Positions 25,166-38,109 of a stretch of DNA of 64,000 bases are shown one piece after another (positions within the stretch are counted from its first letter, which is position 1; each line of letters starts with the position of its first letter). Under the pieces are notes generated by a model. It did no database searches and was not told the origin of the DNA. It saw nothing but the letters and a program-made list of their open reading frames with translations. Made by a program: the position numbers and the translations under genes. Origin of the DNA: Stegostoma tigrinum (Eukaryota); contig NC_081355.1 of assembly GCF_030684315.1 (NCBI RefSeq), positions 66,736,924 to 66,800,923 on the forward strand, given 5' to 3'.

Positions 25166-27671
25166 AATACCTTTTTTTTAATTAAAAATTCTGCAGGCAG
25201 AACCTCAGGTACCCTGATAAAGAGAAGGCATGGTTCTGGAACTTACGTCCAGAATTTTACCTTTCTGCTGAATCTGTGTAGGATAATTTATGTAAACAAA
25301 TCAAGCTTGGATTGTCATTTTATAACTTCTGTTGTACATGAAGTTTCAGTGTGAAACCTATGATACATAAGGTTTTAAACCTGCGGTCATTCTGGAAATC
25401 TCACGTAATTTCTGAAGATATCTGCTAGATTAGACAGAAATCAGGCCGAAACCCAAATACCTCAAGTCACAGCTTGTGCAGGAATTTCCACTTAGGTCTG
25501 TAAGCCTTCAACTGTTCTTACAAGGCAAGATTTGTCAGAGGGTGATGGAGTTAGGGCCAATAAGATTCTGAATATTGGAATCGCTTTCCCTCACACCTCC
25601 TCACCTGAACACTGCCCCTGTTCACGGATCAGTGTCAATGGGCTTGCTGAAAATGAAAATAAAAATTGAAATTGTATGAAGCAGATGTGCACGAGCTTTC
25701 CTAATGGGGAAAGGACTTGACAAATCCCATCTCCTGCTGTTTCCTCTACCCCAACAACCAGCCTCCTGCATGCTCCCACAACTTTCCAATTTTCCTAATC
25801 TCCAAGCCATCTCATCCCTGAATTGCCTGTTGGGAGCGATTGCTCAGGTATGCCGCAGCCTGAAAAAAAAACGCAAATTGAGTGGCATTTCTCAGATGCT
25901 GTGATTAAATAATGCCAAATATAAATTGCAAAACAATTTATAATGAAACCCACAATCAGCTCAATCCAGTTAAAAGAGGCAGTAGTTTTAGTGTTAATTT
26001 TTCAAGGACTGATGATAATATTACTCTTTGATATTTCTTCACAGCAATGTCACAAAGTTAATACAGCCTTTTACATTTTCTTCCACACAACAGGAGTAAT
26101 AAAGTAATGATGAGATGAAGAAAAATACCAATGTCTATTTCATTTTCCATCTTCCACCCCAGTGGACCCACAGTGAAACAGCAATAGATTTGCATAATTG
26201 CTTAATCAAGACAATCACTTCCTCTCAATCAGTAGTTATGGTAGTGTAAGGAAGAGTAAGCTGGAAATCATATAGTTCCTATGCTGGATTCAAAAATGTT
26301 AATTTCTGAAAGAATTTTACTGAGTTGCATTTGTATCAGTCAATATTCCCCGCTCCAACCCTTCTCCTAGGAACCCCATATCCGAGTTGCTTTCTGGAAC
26401 TGAGAAGAAAAGCAAAGGAGATTGTCCAAAACCGTGAAACCGCGCAAAAACAGCAAAATGGTGACTTTGAAGAGCTTTATGCCAGCATCTCATTATGATT
26501 GTTCAACTCATTTTTCCAACTAGTAACCAGCCAAACTGAGCTGAGTCACAATTTCAACTTATCCAATATTACGTTGTACCAGACTCAAAACCATCAACCC
26601 AAAATTCAACATCATTACACCTATGTATATTACAATTCTCAAACTTCTCTGTCCTTGTGTCTTACATTAACTATTGATTTCTCATGGTCTTTAATTTTGT
26701 GGCTGCTCTTTTTTTCACCTGTGGAAGATACTATCCTGCTGATACTTTGTCTTCTATCCTCCTAACCTTGACAATCTGAATATCTAGTCAGTTATTCATT
26801 CTTCATACCCCACTGTTCCCACATGCTGTGTTAGTTGTGCTTACCACTGACAATATGAGTAAAGCTTTAACCATTAACTACCTTATCCCGCTCAGAATCC
26901 CCTCATTATCAACACCAAGCATATTGAACTGTATCTGAAACTGTCCTCCCTGCTCCCTAAACCTCAGCATTGCCCCCTATTAATGCTCTTTCTGTTCTTC
27001 CATGTACTTGTGATGATACCACCCTCGTGGTCAGTCACTGACTCTTACCAAGTAAACAAACCCTATACCCCATATCCCCTAGCATATCATACCCTCATGA
27101 TGTGCTGCATGCTCCAATTCACTTTGGGTCTTCCCTCATCACAATTCTTCTTCCCAACTCTACAATTGCCTTTGCTTGTCCCCTGCAACCACCACCCACC
27201 ACCCCCCCACCCCAAACCGTGACTTGCCCCACACCTTCTGGCAGTGATCTCCTGCTTCTCATGTAGGACCCCTCTTCAACTCTCCTGGATGATTAATTGA
27301 CAGAATCCCAGGATTGCAACTGTCCCAAACCTCGGACAGACTCTACAAACAGCTCCTAGACTGGCCCAACTCTTGAATTTTAATTTTGTGCCTCCCCAGC
27401 TGACAATATATAATTTGCTGGATTTCTGATGTCAACATTACAGGTCCAACTGTTATTCACTCCTAGACTGTAATCAGACATATTCCTGACTATGAATGTC
27501 CCAAGCAAATGAGTGACCGTGGCCAAGTGCTTGGATTGTGCACCGGTCTGTCACTAATGGTTTCAGGGCTATTGATTGATCAAGGCCTCTTCTTGACTGA
27601 ACGGAGGACTAGCCCCTGTCAGTTTTCAACATGCCCATTTAGTCACATGAACTTGCAGTGTATTTCTGAAT

Positions 27672-27768
27672 AGTTCTGAGGAAGGAACACTGAACCCAAA
27701 ACATTAACTCTGCTTTCTCTCCACTGATGCTACCTGAACTGCTGAATTTTTCCAGCAATTTCTGTTTC
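27672..27768 (+). mobile_element. Penelope terminal repeat (second subfamily) with hammerhead motif
   Basis: AGTT-CTGAGGA-AGGAACACTGAACCC-AAAAC-ATT-AACT; stem I AGTT/AACT pairs perfectly. Confidence 0.8.
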
Positions 27769-27907
27769 TCCGTGCTGTGTGTTTACTATGCAGGCTACTG
27801 GCAAATGCTATTTGTATTAAATTAGTGTCTTAGTGTGTCATATGGCAAGATGGCAAACAGCCCCAAGCACACCTGCAGTTAAACTGGATTAACTAAAACT
27901 TGTTGAT

Positions 27908-28402
27908 GTTTACAGGAAAGATGTGGAAGCAGTGGAAAAGGTGCAGAGGAGATTTACCAGAATATTGCCTGGAATGGAGGGAAGGTCTTATGAGGAAAGG
28001 TTGAGAGAGCTGGGGCTTTTCTCTTTAGAACGATGAAGAATGAGAGGTGACTTGATAGAGGTGTACAAAATGATCAGAGGTATAGATAGAGTGGACAGCC
28101 AGAGATATTTTTCCTAGGTTGGAGGTAGCTATTACGAGGGGGCATAGTTTTAAAGTGAGTGGAGTCGATACAGGGGAGACTTCAGAGGTAGGTTCTTCAT
28201 TCAGAGAGTGGTAGGGCCGGAGAGGGTGTTGGAGTCGGCCTCATTAGGGGCAGTTAGCAGCTATTAGACAGGCATATGGATGATAGCATAAGGCAGGGAT
28301 GGAGGTTGGATAGAACTTGGGTTTAGGGTAAAAGTTTAGCACAACATCGTGGGCCAAAGGGCCTGTACTGTGCTGTACTGTTTTACGTTCTGTATTCTAC
28401 GA
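27908..28402 (+). mobile_element. CR1 3' fragment
   Basis: YRKDVEAVEKVQRRFTR..RGDLIEVYK; UTR gggcctgtactgtgctgtactg. Confidence 0.9.
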
Positions 28403-29139
28403 TGTCTGAATTGTGCTGTTTCTCTGTTAGTTTCACAAAATGGAATGTTGCCGTCTGCCTCACTTTGAAATGCATTGATTAGTGTGAAGCTTCTGATCTT
28501 ACCTAATAGGCAATAACTAAACTCACTACGGCAGGTTAAGTCTTACAATTTCAAATTTTCAGTCTGATTGTTTTTGGAGATACATTGTTGATTGCCCTGT
28601 TCACTGATATCTCAACTACCTAGTTACCCTAACTACAAAATTATCAACTTGCAACTTCAACAATTTGCCTTGCATTAGTGTAAAGCCTTATTGTAACTTT
28701 ATCTAATGGCAGATTACGATCCAGTACACAAGGGGCAAAAATCTGCTGGCTTTACCATTGTGTTATATATTGTCTTGCCATGATTCTATTCATTAGTCTA
28801 TTGAAATTAATTTGTGTTATAACTGGCAAATCTATTTTCAATCGCAATTTATGTTTAAATTGTTTTATTCCACTTAATTTTACAATTAATAAACCTATCC
28901 AAAATTAGGCCTGTTATCATTAATTAAGATTTGTTCAATTAGTGACAGTTTCAGAAAAAAAATTGAATCTACCAGTATATGTGCCAAGACAGCACTCAAG
29001 GTGAGTCAAACAGTCTGTTTTTTATAGCGATTGGATTATTTCCTCCGAAATGGTGCAAACACTGGGGCTATTGATACAGTGCTTGAGTAATTCAAGAATG
29101 CATCTTTAGAACATGGGAATTTTGAATTATGCTGGGGAT

Positions 29140-30337
29140 TGAGGTAAACGCTCTGGCCATACAGTATTTGAAATATTGTGAGCAGTTTTGCGCCCCTGTA
29201 TTTGAGGATGTGGTGGCTTTGGAGGGGTCCAGGAGGAGTTTACAAGAATGATCTCAGAGATGAAGGCCTCATGGTATAAGGAGTGTCATAGAGTTATCGA
29301 GTCATAGAGTCATACAACACAGAAACAGGCCGATCGGTCCAAACAGTCCATGCCGAACATAATCCCAAAATAAAGTAGTCCCACCTATCTGTTCCTGGCC
29401 CATATCCCTCTAAAACTTTCCTATTCACATATCCATCCAAATGTCTGTAAAACATTGTAATTATACCTGCACCACCACTGCATCAGGAAATTCATTCTAC
29501 ACATGAACCACCCTCGTGAAAAAAAAATTGCCTCTTATACCTTTTTTAAGTCTTTCTCCTCTTACCTTAAATAAGTGCCCCCTAGTCTTGAAATTTCCCG
29601 TCTTAGGGAAAAGGCAGTCACCATCTACTCTATCTACACCTCTCATTATGTTATAAACTTCTATCTGGTCACTCGTCAAAGTCCTAAGCTCCAGTGGAAA
29701 AAGTCCCAGCCCACCCAGCGTTTCCTTATAGCTCAAATCTTCCATACCCGGCAACATCCTGGAAAATCTCTTCTGACCCCTTTCCAGGTTGATAATGTCC
29801 TTCATATAACTGGACGACCTGAACTAGACACAGTATTGCAAGTTTCAATTAGGTACCACACATTCTTCTAAATTCCAATGAGTACAAACACAACCTATTC
29901 AACCTCTTTATCCAGTGGTTGAGGAATCTTAGTCTGTACTCAGTGGAGTTGAAAAGGATTAGACGGCATCAGATTGAAATTTACAGAATATTGACACAGG
30001 TGGCTAGAATAGATGTGAGAAAATGTTTTCACCAGCAGGAGAAACGAGGACTCAAGGGGACATCCTCAAAGCGAAGGGACAATCCTTTAAAACAGATGCA
30101 GAATAATTTATTCAACCAAAGGGTGGTTAATCTCTGAAATTCATTGCCACAAAAGCTTATGAAGGTCAAGTCACTGAGTATATTTAAGACGGAGATTTCT
30201 TGGTTAGCAAGGGCGGTCAAGGTTGTGGGGACAAGGCAGAAGAATGGGATTGAGAAACATGTCAGCCCTGATCAAGTGGTGGAGCAGAATCAATGGCCCA
30301 AATGGCCTAATTCAGCTCCTTTATCTTACGGACTTAT
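29140..30337 (+). mobile_element. Old CR1 (pieces ~29140-29285 and ~29915-30337) interrupted by an antisense CR1
   Basis: ttgaaatattgtgagcagttttg..gagtttacaagaatg continues at 29915 as gttgaggaatcttagtctgtactc. Confidence 0.75.
29286..29840 (-). mobile_element. CR1 3' fragment nested in the older CR1
   Basis: ORF 29497-29805 LERGQKRFSRMLPG..KTRGH..FFTRVV; tail tcatagagt repeats. Confidence 0.9.
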
Positions 30338-31344
30338 TGGGGTCTACTGCAAATTTCATTTATTCTGTTAATGGGTGACCTTTAAAGATTTTTAAGCTTG
30401 TTTAACAAGGCATTAGTTTGAGACCTTCCCATTTTAAAAACTAGAAGCTGCTATCTACAAGCAAATTTAAACAACTCACTCAATATACAAAAAAAAGGTA
30501 GCAATTAAAACTTCCCAAATTTGGATTGCTTGATTTTACTTTGATAAAACAAATTAAACATAAAAATATGGACTTCCTGGATTGATTTCTAGCGGAGTAG
30601 AGTCTCTAACTGCCTCTCAAAATCCCCCCAACCCTTAGTTATGGATCATTTACAAAGCACTGTAGGAGTTTCAGAAGTTTAACATCCACCAAGTAAGAGG
30701 CTCCTATTGTAGTGAAGAGAATTCTAAAGCTGCTGCATTTGGAACATCCCCACTGGAAGAGGAGAAGAGCACCATTTAATCGAGTCTTTTTGAATACATC
30801 AAAGCTCTTATAGAGGACCTTGGCTGAGACTGTCTGCCAGCCCAAATTGACGGGAGAGAGGGACTCTGTTGACTTCTTACAGTTGTTATAAAACATTTCT
30901 TTAATAATGTTTGCTTTTTTAGTCAGATATTCACAAATCACTATTCATAGCAGTTCAAGAAAATGTTCCATTCTCTTAACAAATGCATTTGATGCAGAAG
31001 ACAGAAGTGAATATCTTTGAGTGAAAACATGGCAGTAATCCAATGGAGTTTCAGTAATGTCAATGAGCAGGCAACTAGTTTCCAAACATTATCTCAATCC
31101 CTTAATAAGATGGTGACCTGCCTATTCACTTCATGACATTGATGCACGGCTGTCTTCATACGTCAGAGTTGACTGATGTGATATTCGTTGAGAAAAGAAT
31201 TAACTTTTTTTAGCAGAAAATTCCATGGCCTATCCGCAATTGCCCAGTTTGCTCTGATATTGCTGTAAGTGCCACCAACAGCATTTTCACAAATAAAGGC
31301 AAAGTAAAGTTGCCATAACCCTGCCAGGCCTTTGGGCTCCTGTC

Positions 31345-31482
31345 CCATTAGGTAAAAGCAGCAGGTGGTGGTTTAACCCAAGGATCACCACACCTCAGGC
31401 TAGGGGAGAGTTTAAGGAATCATTCATGGCAATCTCAGCTAGTGTGGGAACATTGTTGGCATCACTCTGTATCACAAACCAT
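31345..31482 (-). mobile_element. tRNA-derived SINE (same family as 12465-12680)
   Basis: ggtggtggtttaacccaaggatcaccacacctcagg is the antisense of the motif at ~12575-12612. Confidence 0.55.
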
Positions 31483-33099
31483 GAAATATGGATGAAATTG
31501 TAGCCGTGACTACAACTTTAAACTGAAGTTAAACATTGTTGTAAAAGGAAAGGTGAATAAAGTAAATGAGAAACATAAAGGAGGTTTTTCAAGGAAAAGT
31601 AGCCCCTTATTCCTCAAATGATATGGATAAACTCATAAATTATATGAAGGGAAACAGAAGCTTTTTGAACATTTTTGCTGATGAAAGACATAACTCATCC
31701 TCTGTAGAATGCTTTGAAAACCAAAGTTTTTAAAAAGCAGATTTTAACGTAGAATGCATACTACGGTTATGTGTGAAAGTGCACTTACAATGGAATTTAA
31801 TGCCCAGAAAAATGACAGTAGATGGTGTTCATAAATTACATTTGGACAGGGCTGACCTACTTCCAGGTGATGATTTGGCTGGAACTAAACATCACCTGCA
31901 ATCACAGGAACAGCGACATAAACAAATTCCAATCCTTTCCCTTTGTATGAAGGAAGGAAATGTGATTCATAAATGGGGGAACCAATAGTGGATGGGTGAA
32001 CATAGGATGTTACAGGTAGGGTCAGGGTGATAAACAGTCACCGCACTATGGCCATGATAGCGAGACTGTGCAGCATGATAATGGGCTGAACTCAACTGTA
32101 GTGATGGCGCTCAGAGAGTAAGGATGAAAGTGGGCATTGTAGTTTGAGGTTCTAGGCAGAAACATATGGGGATTCCAGAGATGGAGTGCCTAGGAAGTGC
32201 AATGTAGAAAGGCACATGGAGGCGGTGTTGGTGGTGGGAACAGAGAAACTGAGAATGGAAATTGGCTGTGATCATACCCAGAGTGGAAGGAGTCAGTGTC
32301 TGTTTGCTGAACAAAAACATGGACTCCACTTCTATGTTGTCAGAGGCCCTTCAAGAGGCAGTTGCAGAGATCATCCATGTACAAATTGCAAGTTACAATA
32401 GTGTGTGTGAATCATGTGCAGTGTTCAACTGTGCAGAGTGCAAATGCTGTCACATGCAGTGTTGGTCATGTCATTTGTTCTTGCAAATTGAAGATAGACA
32501 TCTCTATTAAACAGGAACAATTGCTTAAAGAAACCCTGACAGTTCAAAGGTCACATAGTTAACACAAGACTTTGTAGACTTCATAGAGGCATGGAATTGA
32601 AACCCTCCCAACAAGTATCATAAATACAATACAAGACTCTTTTGTGCAATTATGTCTTTTTGAGGGTGATATTGAGCTGGGAGAAGAAGAGATCTGTGCT
32701 CATGTAGCACTTACACTCAACTACTTTCTTCTTGCAAATAACCAGTGCTGTATTCATCAGATAAAGGCCCAGTGTCAAAGTGCCAAGATGAGTCATTCTG
32801 TGGCCCTCTTTGTCTGAATGTTAGAAATCTCATTGTTTGGGTGAGTGTGTTACGCTATCTTTGGTACCCATTATGAATGCTAATTGCTCACATTGATAAG
32901 GATCTGCTCTGTTCCATATGTTTTCCACAGAGGCTCATTCAAAGCAGGACTAAAGGATTCAGCCACACAGGATGATCACCGTTGCAGCAATGTGGCAGAA
33001 ACACAAAATATTTACAGAGAAACAGATGCTCTACCAAGCTCAGAGCCAGCAGCAAACTCCAGCAGATGCCGAACAACCTTGCAGCTGCAAGGGCCCTCA

Positions 33100-33345
33100 G
33101 AATGTAGACAACGTACGCAGAGTCTTTTCCCTCAATGTTAGTTCCCCTGGTTGACTGAGGTGCAGAGATGTCCCAGGGTACTGTCATTGAGCTATGCTGT
33201 CTGCTGGACTGGGATATAACAGAGAGAGTGGCCATCCAATTCATGCGGCCATCAAAGTGACAGTTGCGATCAGCTTTTATGCAACAGTCTCCTCTCAAGG
33301 AGTCGCTGGGAACCTGTGTAGGATCTCTTAATTGCTCACCCACAG
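33100..33345 (+). pseudogene. Harbinger (HARBI1-type) transposase N-terminal fossil
   Basis: LTEVQ/RMSQGTVIELCCLL, then GHPIHAAIKVTVAISFYATVSSQGVAGNLCRIS* (33230-33331), matching the HARBI1 HTH region (LxFYAxGSFQ..GD..GIS). Confidence 0.7.
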
Positions 33346-33819
33346 AAAATAGTTCTCTGCCTACTATGTGCAGAGTAAAAGGCGAGTCCTGACTGGCAGG
33401 GCCTGTCTGCGTGCACAGCTGGCCCTTCAGAATGGCAGAACTCTCAGGAATCCCAGGAGGTTATGGCAGCAGTAAGGCCTCTGGTGAGTGGGATGATAGG
33501 AAGAATAGGGCGGCCTTACAGGAGTGGAACATAGGAATGAGATGAGTTTCACAGAATAGTATGAGAAAGCTCACTCAGGCTGACAGAAAAATCCCCTCTA
33601 TGAAACTCACCAAAATTGACACGTCATCAATTTCTTGTAAAATTAAACCCACAATTTCTGTTTCTTTTAGGGACACTTGGCTATCTCAATACAAGAAAAG
33701 ATATCTGAAGTCTTCTCTCTCTCCTAAAAAAGTAAGAAAAAACCCTAAAGTAGAACCAACTGCACGAATCTCTCTCTCTTTCACCTGAATTAATTTTAGA
33801 AACTTGTTGAAGTCAACAA

Positions 33820-34316
33820 TGTTTTGAAACTAGAAAGTGTTCAGAAAAGATTTATGAGGACGGAGCCAGGGTTGGAAGGTTTGAACAATGGAGAGAGGCT
33901 GAATAGGCTGGGGCTATTTTCCCGGGATTTCGAAGGCTAAGAGGTGGCCTTATAGAGGCTTATAAAATCATGAGGGGCATGGATAGGGTAAGTAGACAAG
34001 GCCTTTTCCCAGGGTTGGAGGAGTCCAAAACTAGACAGCAGAGGTTTACAATGAGAGGGGAAAGATATAAAAGGAACCAAAGGGGCAACTTTTTCACGCA
34101 GAGTGTGGAGCTTGTATGGAATGAGCTGCCAGTGGAAGTGGTGGAAGCTGGTACAATGACAACATTCACAAGGTATCCATGAATCGGAAGGGTTTAGAGT
34201 GATATGGGCCAAATGTTGGCAAATAGGGCTTGATTAATAAAGGATATCAGGTCAGCATGAAGGAGCTGGACTGAAGGGTCTGTTACCGCGCTGTTTGTCT
34301 CTATGACTTTATGATT
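33820..34316 (+). mobile_element. CR1 3' fragment
   Basis: ORF 33970-34182 MRGMDRV..LFP..NFFTQ..WNELP; UTR ggactgaagggtctg. Confidence 0.9.
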
Positions 34317-35611
34317 ATAAATATGAGAATTTCAAATTTAGTCTCGTCTGAACTCAAACCTGAATTGAAGACCTCATTGATTCTATGGCTGTCAGTATCT
34401 CAATCTCATTCAAAGTAAATTGACTGGACTGTCAGACAGCTGCCCATTTTATCCTTTGAGTGTAGTATATTGGCTTACCTTAAAGTTTTCTCCTTTTCTT
34501 TTCTAAAAAAAGACTCAGCCGTTGAATGAATGTGTTTGCCTGGGATTTAGGAGATGCAGTTTAATTTTACACTGTAGCCTGGTTATTAAATAGTTTTGCC
34601 ACTTATTGCAAGAATAAGCTTGCTTCTCATAAACAAGTTATTTTTGAGTTGATTACAGAAGCCTGGCAGATAGATGTTTCTTTTCTCCTGAGTGTTAATA
34701 AGAAAGAGAAATGAGTTGATCATTTTGAATATTAAAGGAAAACATTTGCACTTTAGGCACAGCTTGTGGAGGAGTGGGGCTTGATCATCAGTGCACTTCT
34801 GTTAGAGCCGTGTAGTATGCACTTACGTTAATTGTAATCTTAACTAAGACTTCATTATATCATGTTTCAACACTTCTTCATTGAATTAACAGCCATAATA
34901 ATTTAACAGTTGTCTCAATTTTTGATGTAGACCTATTTTTGGGCATTAGTAACAAAGTGTATTATTGACCATCACATGTAGCATCATCCTTCTATTTGTT
35001 TCTAAATTTACGTTAATTGTCATTTTATGGGCAGTCTGTGATCACAAACAATTTCAGCCCATAAACCTGTGAGTAGGAAATCACTTGTCCCAGGACATGC
35101 TTTGAAGCTATACATATTGCAATGAGTGTACGGAAAACAGTACATTGAGATTTTCATGGGAAGAGTTTTGAAATATATTGGGAGACACTCTGGAACACTG
35201 TCAAGATTCAACAGCATAATTATCAATTTTCCTGGAAATTCTATCAGGATTTCACCTGAAAAGTGCGTAAGCTATGCTGCATTGCATTGTTGGGCATCCG
35301 ACAGCAATCACAAGGCAAAAGGGGAAATATTGTTTCTAGCAATGCTTACAGTTTCTCTTTCTCTTGCTCCTCATTGCAGAGCAAGGGACAATGCACAGCA
35401 GAACAAACTAGCTCAAGATGACAAAGAGCACGCTAGGCAGAACATAAGAGAAAGGAGCTGGAGCCTGAAACCTGCTCCACATTAATAGGATCGTGGCTGA
35501 TCTAATTGTGGATATAACTCCACTTTTCTCTAATCCTTGACTCTGTTGTTAACCAAAAACCCAGTAAACCCTGTAAAACCCAGCCTTGAGCACAGTCAAT
35601 GATTCAGATTC

Positions 35612-36792
35612 TAGAACATAGAACGTAGAACATAGAAGAGTACAGCACAGAACAGGCCCTTCAGCCCACGATGTTGTGTCGACCATTGATCCTCATGTAT
35701 GCACCCTCAAATTTCTGTGACCATATGCATGTCCAGCAGTCTCTTAAATGTCCCCAATGACCTTGCTTCCACAACTGCTGCTGGCAACGCATTCCATGCT
35801 CTCACATCTCTCTGTGTAAAGAACCCGCCTCTGACATCCCCTCTATACTTTCCTCCAACCAGCTTAAAACTATGACCCCTCGTGTTAGCCTTTTCTGCCC
35901 TGGGAAATAGTCTCTGGCTATCAACTCTATCTATGCCTCTCATTATCTTGTATACCTCAATTAGGTCCCCTCTCCTCCTCCTTTTCTCCAATGAAAAGAG
36001 ACCGAGCTCAGTCAACCTCTCTTCATAAGATAAGACCTCCAGTCCAGGCAGCATCCTGGTAAACCTCCTCTGAACCCTCTCCAAAGCATCCACATCTTTC
36101 CTATAATAGGGCGACCAGAACTGGACGCAGTATTCCAAGTGCGGTCTAACCAAAGTTTTATAGAGCTGCAACAAGATCTCATGACTCTTAAACTCAAGCC
36201 CCCTGTTAATGAAAGCCAAAACACCATATGCTTTCTTAACAACCCTGTCCACTTGGGTGGCCATTTTAAGGGATCTATGTATCTGCACACCAAGATCCCT
36301 CTGTCCCTCCACACTGCCAAGAATCCTATCCTTAATCCTACACTCAGCTTTCAAATTCAACCTTCCAAAATGCATCACCTCGCATTTATCCAGGTTGAAC
36401 TCCATCTGCCACCTCTCAGCCCATCTCTGTATCCCGTCAATGTCCCGCTGCAGCCTACAACAGCCCTCTATACTGTCAATGACACCTCCGACCTTCGTGT
36501 CATCTGCAAACTTGCTGACCCATCCTTCAATCCCCTCATCCAAGTCGTTAATAAAAATTACAAACTGTAGAGGCCCAAGGACATAGCCCTGTGGAACACC
36601 ACTCACCACTGACTTCCAGGCAGAATATTTTCCTTCTACTACCACTCACTGTCTTCTGTTGGCCAGCCAATTCTGTATCCACACAGCTAAGTTCCCCTGT
36701 ATCCCATTCCTCCTGACCTTCTGAATGAGCCTACCATGGGGAACCTTATCAAATGCCTTGCTGAAGTCCATCTGCCACCTCTCAGCCCATCT
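35612..36792 (-). mobile_element. Young 5'-truncated CR1 LINE, near-identical to 22050-23435
   Basis: ORF 35707-36645 with PQGYVLGP, FADD, LVRPHLEYC; tail agaacatagaac; inserted in an older CR1 (~35440-35611 and 36793-36985). Confidence 0.95.
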
Positions 36793-36983
36793 ATTGTTTC
36801 TTGGGAATTCCAAAGACTAACATTACTCGGAAGAAATTCTTGTTCATCTCCTTCTTAAATGTGAGACCTTTATTTTTAAACTATGCCCCTAATTCAGGAC
36901 TCCCTTACCACAGGAAATATCCTCTGGCAAGGACCTTGTCAAAAACCCTCAGTCTTATCGTTCAATAAGATCATTTCTCATTA

Positions 36984-37290
36984 AGAACAGAAGGAACAGG
37001 AGTAGGTCTCAGCTGCATGAGTTTGCTGCATCTCAGAAAAGACCATGGCCAATCCACTTGTAGCCTCAACTGCACCTCCCTATCTGCTCTGATAATTGTA
37101 GATTCGTGACTAATAACAGAGTCAATATACATCTGTTTAAAAAATATTCAATTACCCTGCTTCTATCGTTTCATGGGGAAGAGAATTCCAAAGACTTGTG
37201 GCGCTCAGAGAGAAAATAAAATGCTTAATTTCAATTTTAAACGGGGAGCTGCTTATTTTTGAGCTGTTTCCCCATAGTTCTGATTTTCCT
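36984..37290 (-). mobile_element. Old CR1 3' fragment
   Basis: aagaacagaaggaacaggagtagg..gggaagagaattccaaagac, antisense CR1 end. Confidence 0.65.
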
Positions 37291-37519
37291 AGACTCCTCA
37301 GTCCTTAACTGTGTGAGAAAGGATTAACCTGTTCAACTTTTGCTCTTACTCGTCCCAGGAAACAATCTAGAAAACCTTTTCCAAGTGTTTCTAATACATG
37401 CCAAGGGGTGTGGTGAGAGCGACTGTCCTTGCCATCAAAACAGTACTTGAATAAATGTGACATTAAGGAGACCCAGCACATGAGAAGACAATACAAATCA
37501 CGAGAATACACTTCTGTCA

Positions 37520-37935
37520 TTCGAGTCATATTTAGCTTAAAGGAAGAGTGCTGTGGTTTTTGAAGTTCAATCATCTCAGCCCCAAACCATCACTATTGGA
37601 GTTTGTCAAGGCACTGCCCTAGGCTCAGCCATCTTAATTTGCTTCATCAATGACCTTCCTTCCAACAGAAGGTTAGAAATGAAAATGTTTCCTTATGATT
37701 GGATTGTGCTCACTAACATTCACAATCCCTCAGATGCTAAAGCTGTTTGTCGCAATGTGCAGAAAGACCTGGACAATACTTAAGTTTGGCCATTATGTGA
37801 CAAGGAACATTTCAATTCAATAAAACAAAAAAAGCCAACCTTCACTTCCCTGACATCCAACATCATTACGAACACTGAATCCCCCACTATCAACACAATG
37901 AGCATTGCTATCAAACAGAAACTGAATTGCTAAAG
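37520..37935 (+). mobile_element. Zenon-like LINE RT fragment
   Basis: ORF 37553-37783 GVCQGTALGSAILICFINDLPS..QKDLDN. Confidence 0.75.
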
Positions 37936-38109
37936 TGGACCAACTATACTTACCCTGCCATCAGAAACTCTGGTGCATTTTTAACGTAATGTTCAAATAC
38001 GCTGAATGACAACAACAGGTGAAGGGCTGGGAAATATGTGACCAGTATCTCATGTCCTATTTCCTCAAAGCACTTCCACTGTTTGTAAGGCAGATGTCAA
38101 ATGAACAAA

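Noticed and set aside
33671-33736. Possible exon after tttcttttAG (similar candidates at 35380 and 53474)
   Set aside because: There is no recognisable protein similarity and the donors are weak or ambiguous; such motifs are expected by chance in AT-rich DNA.
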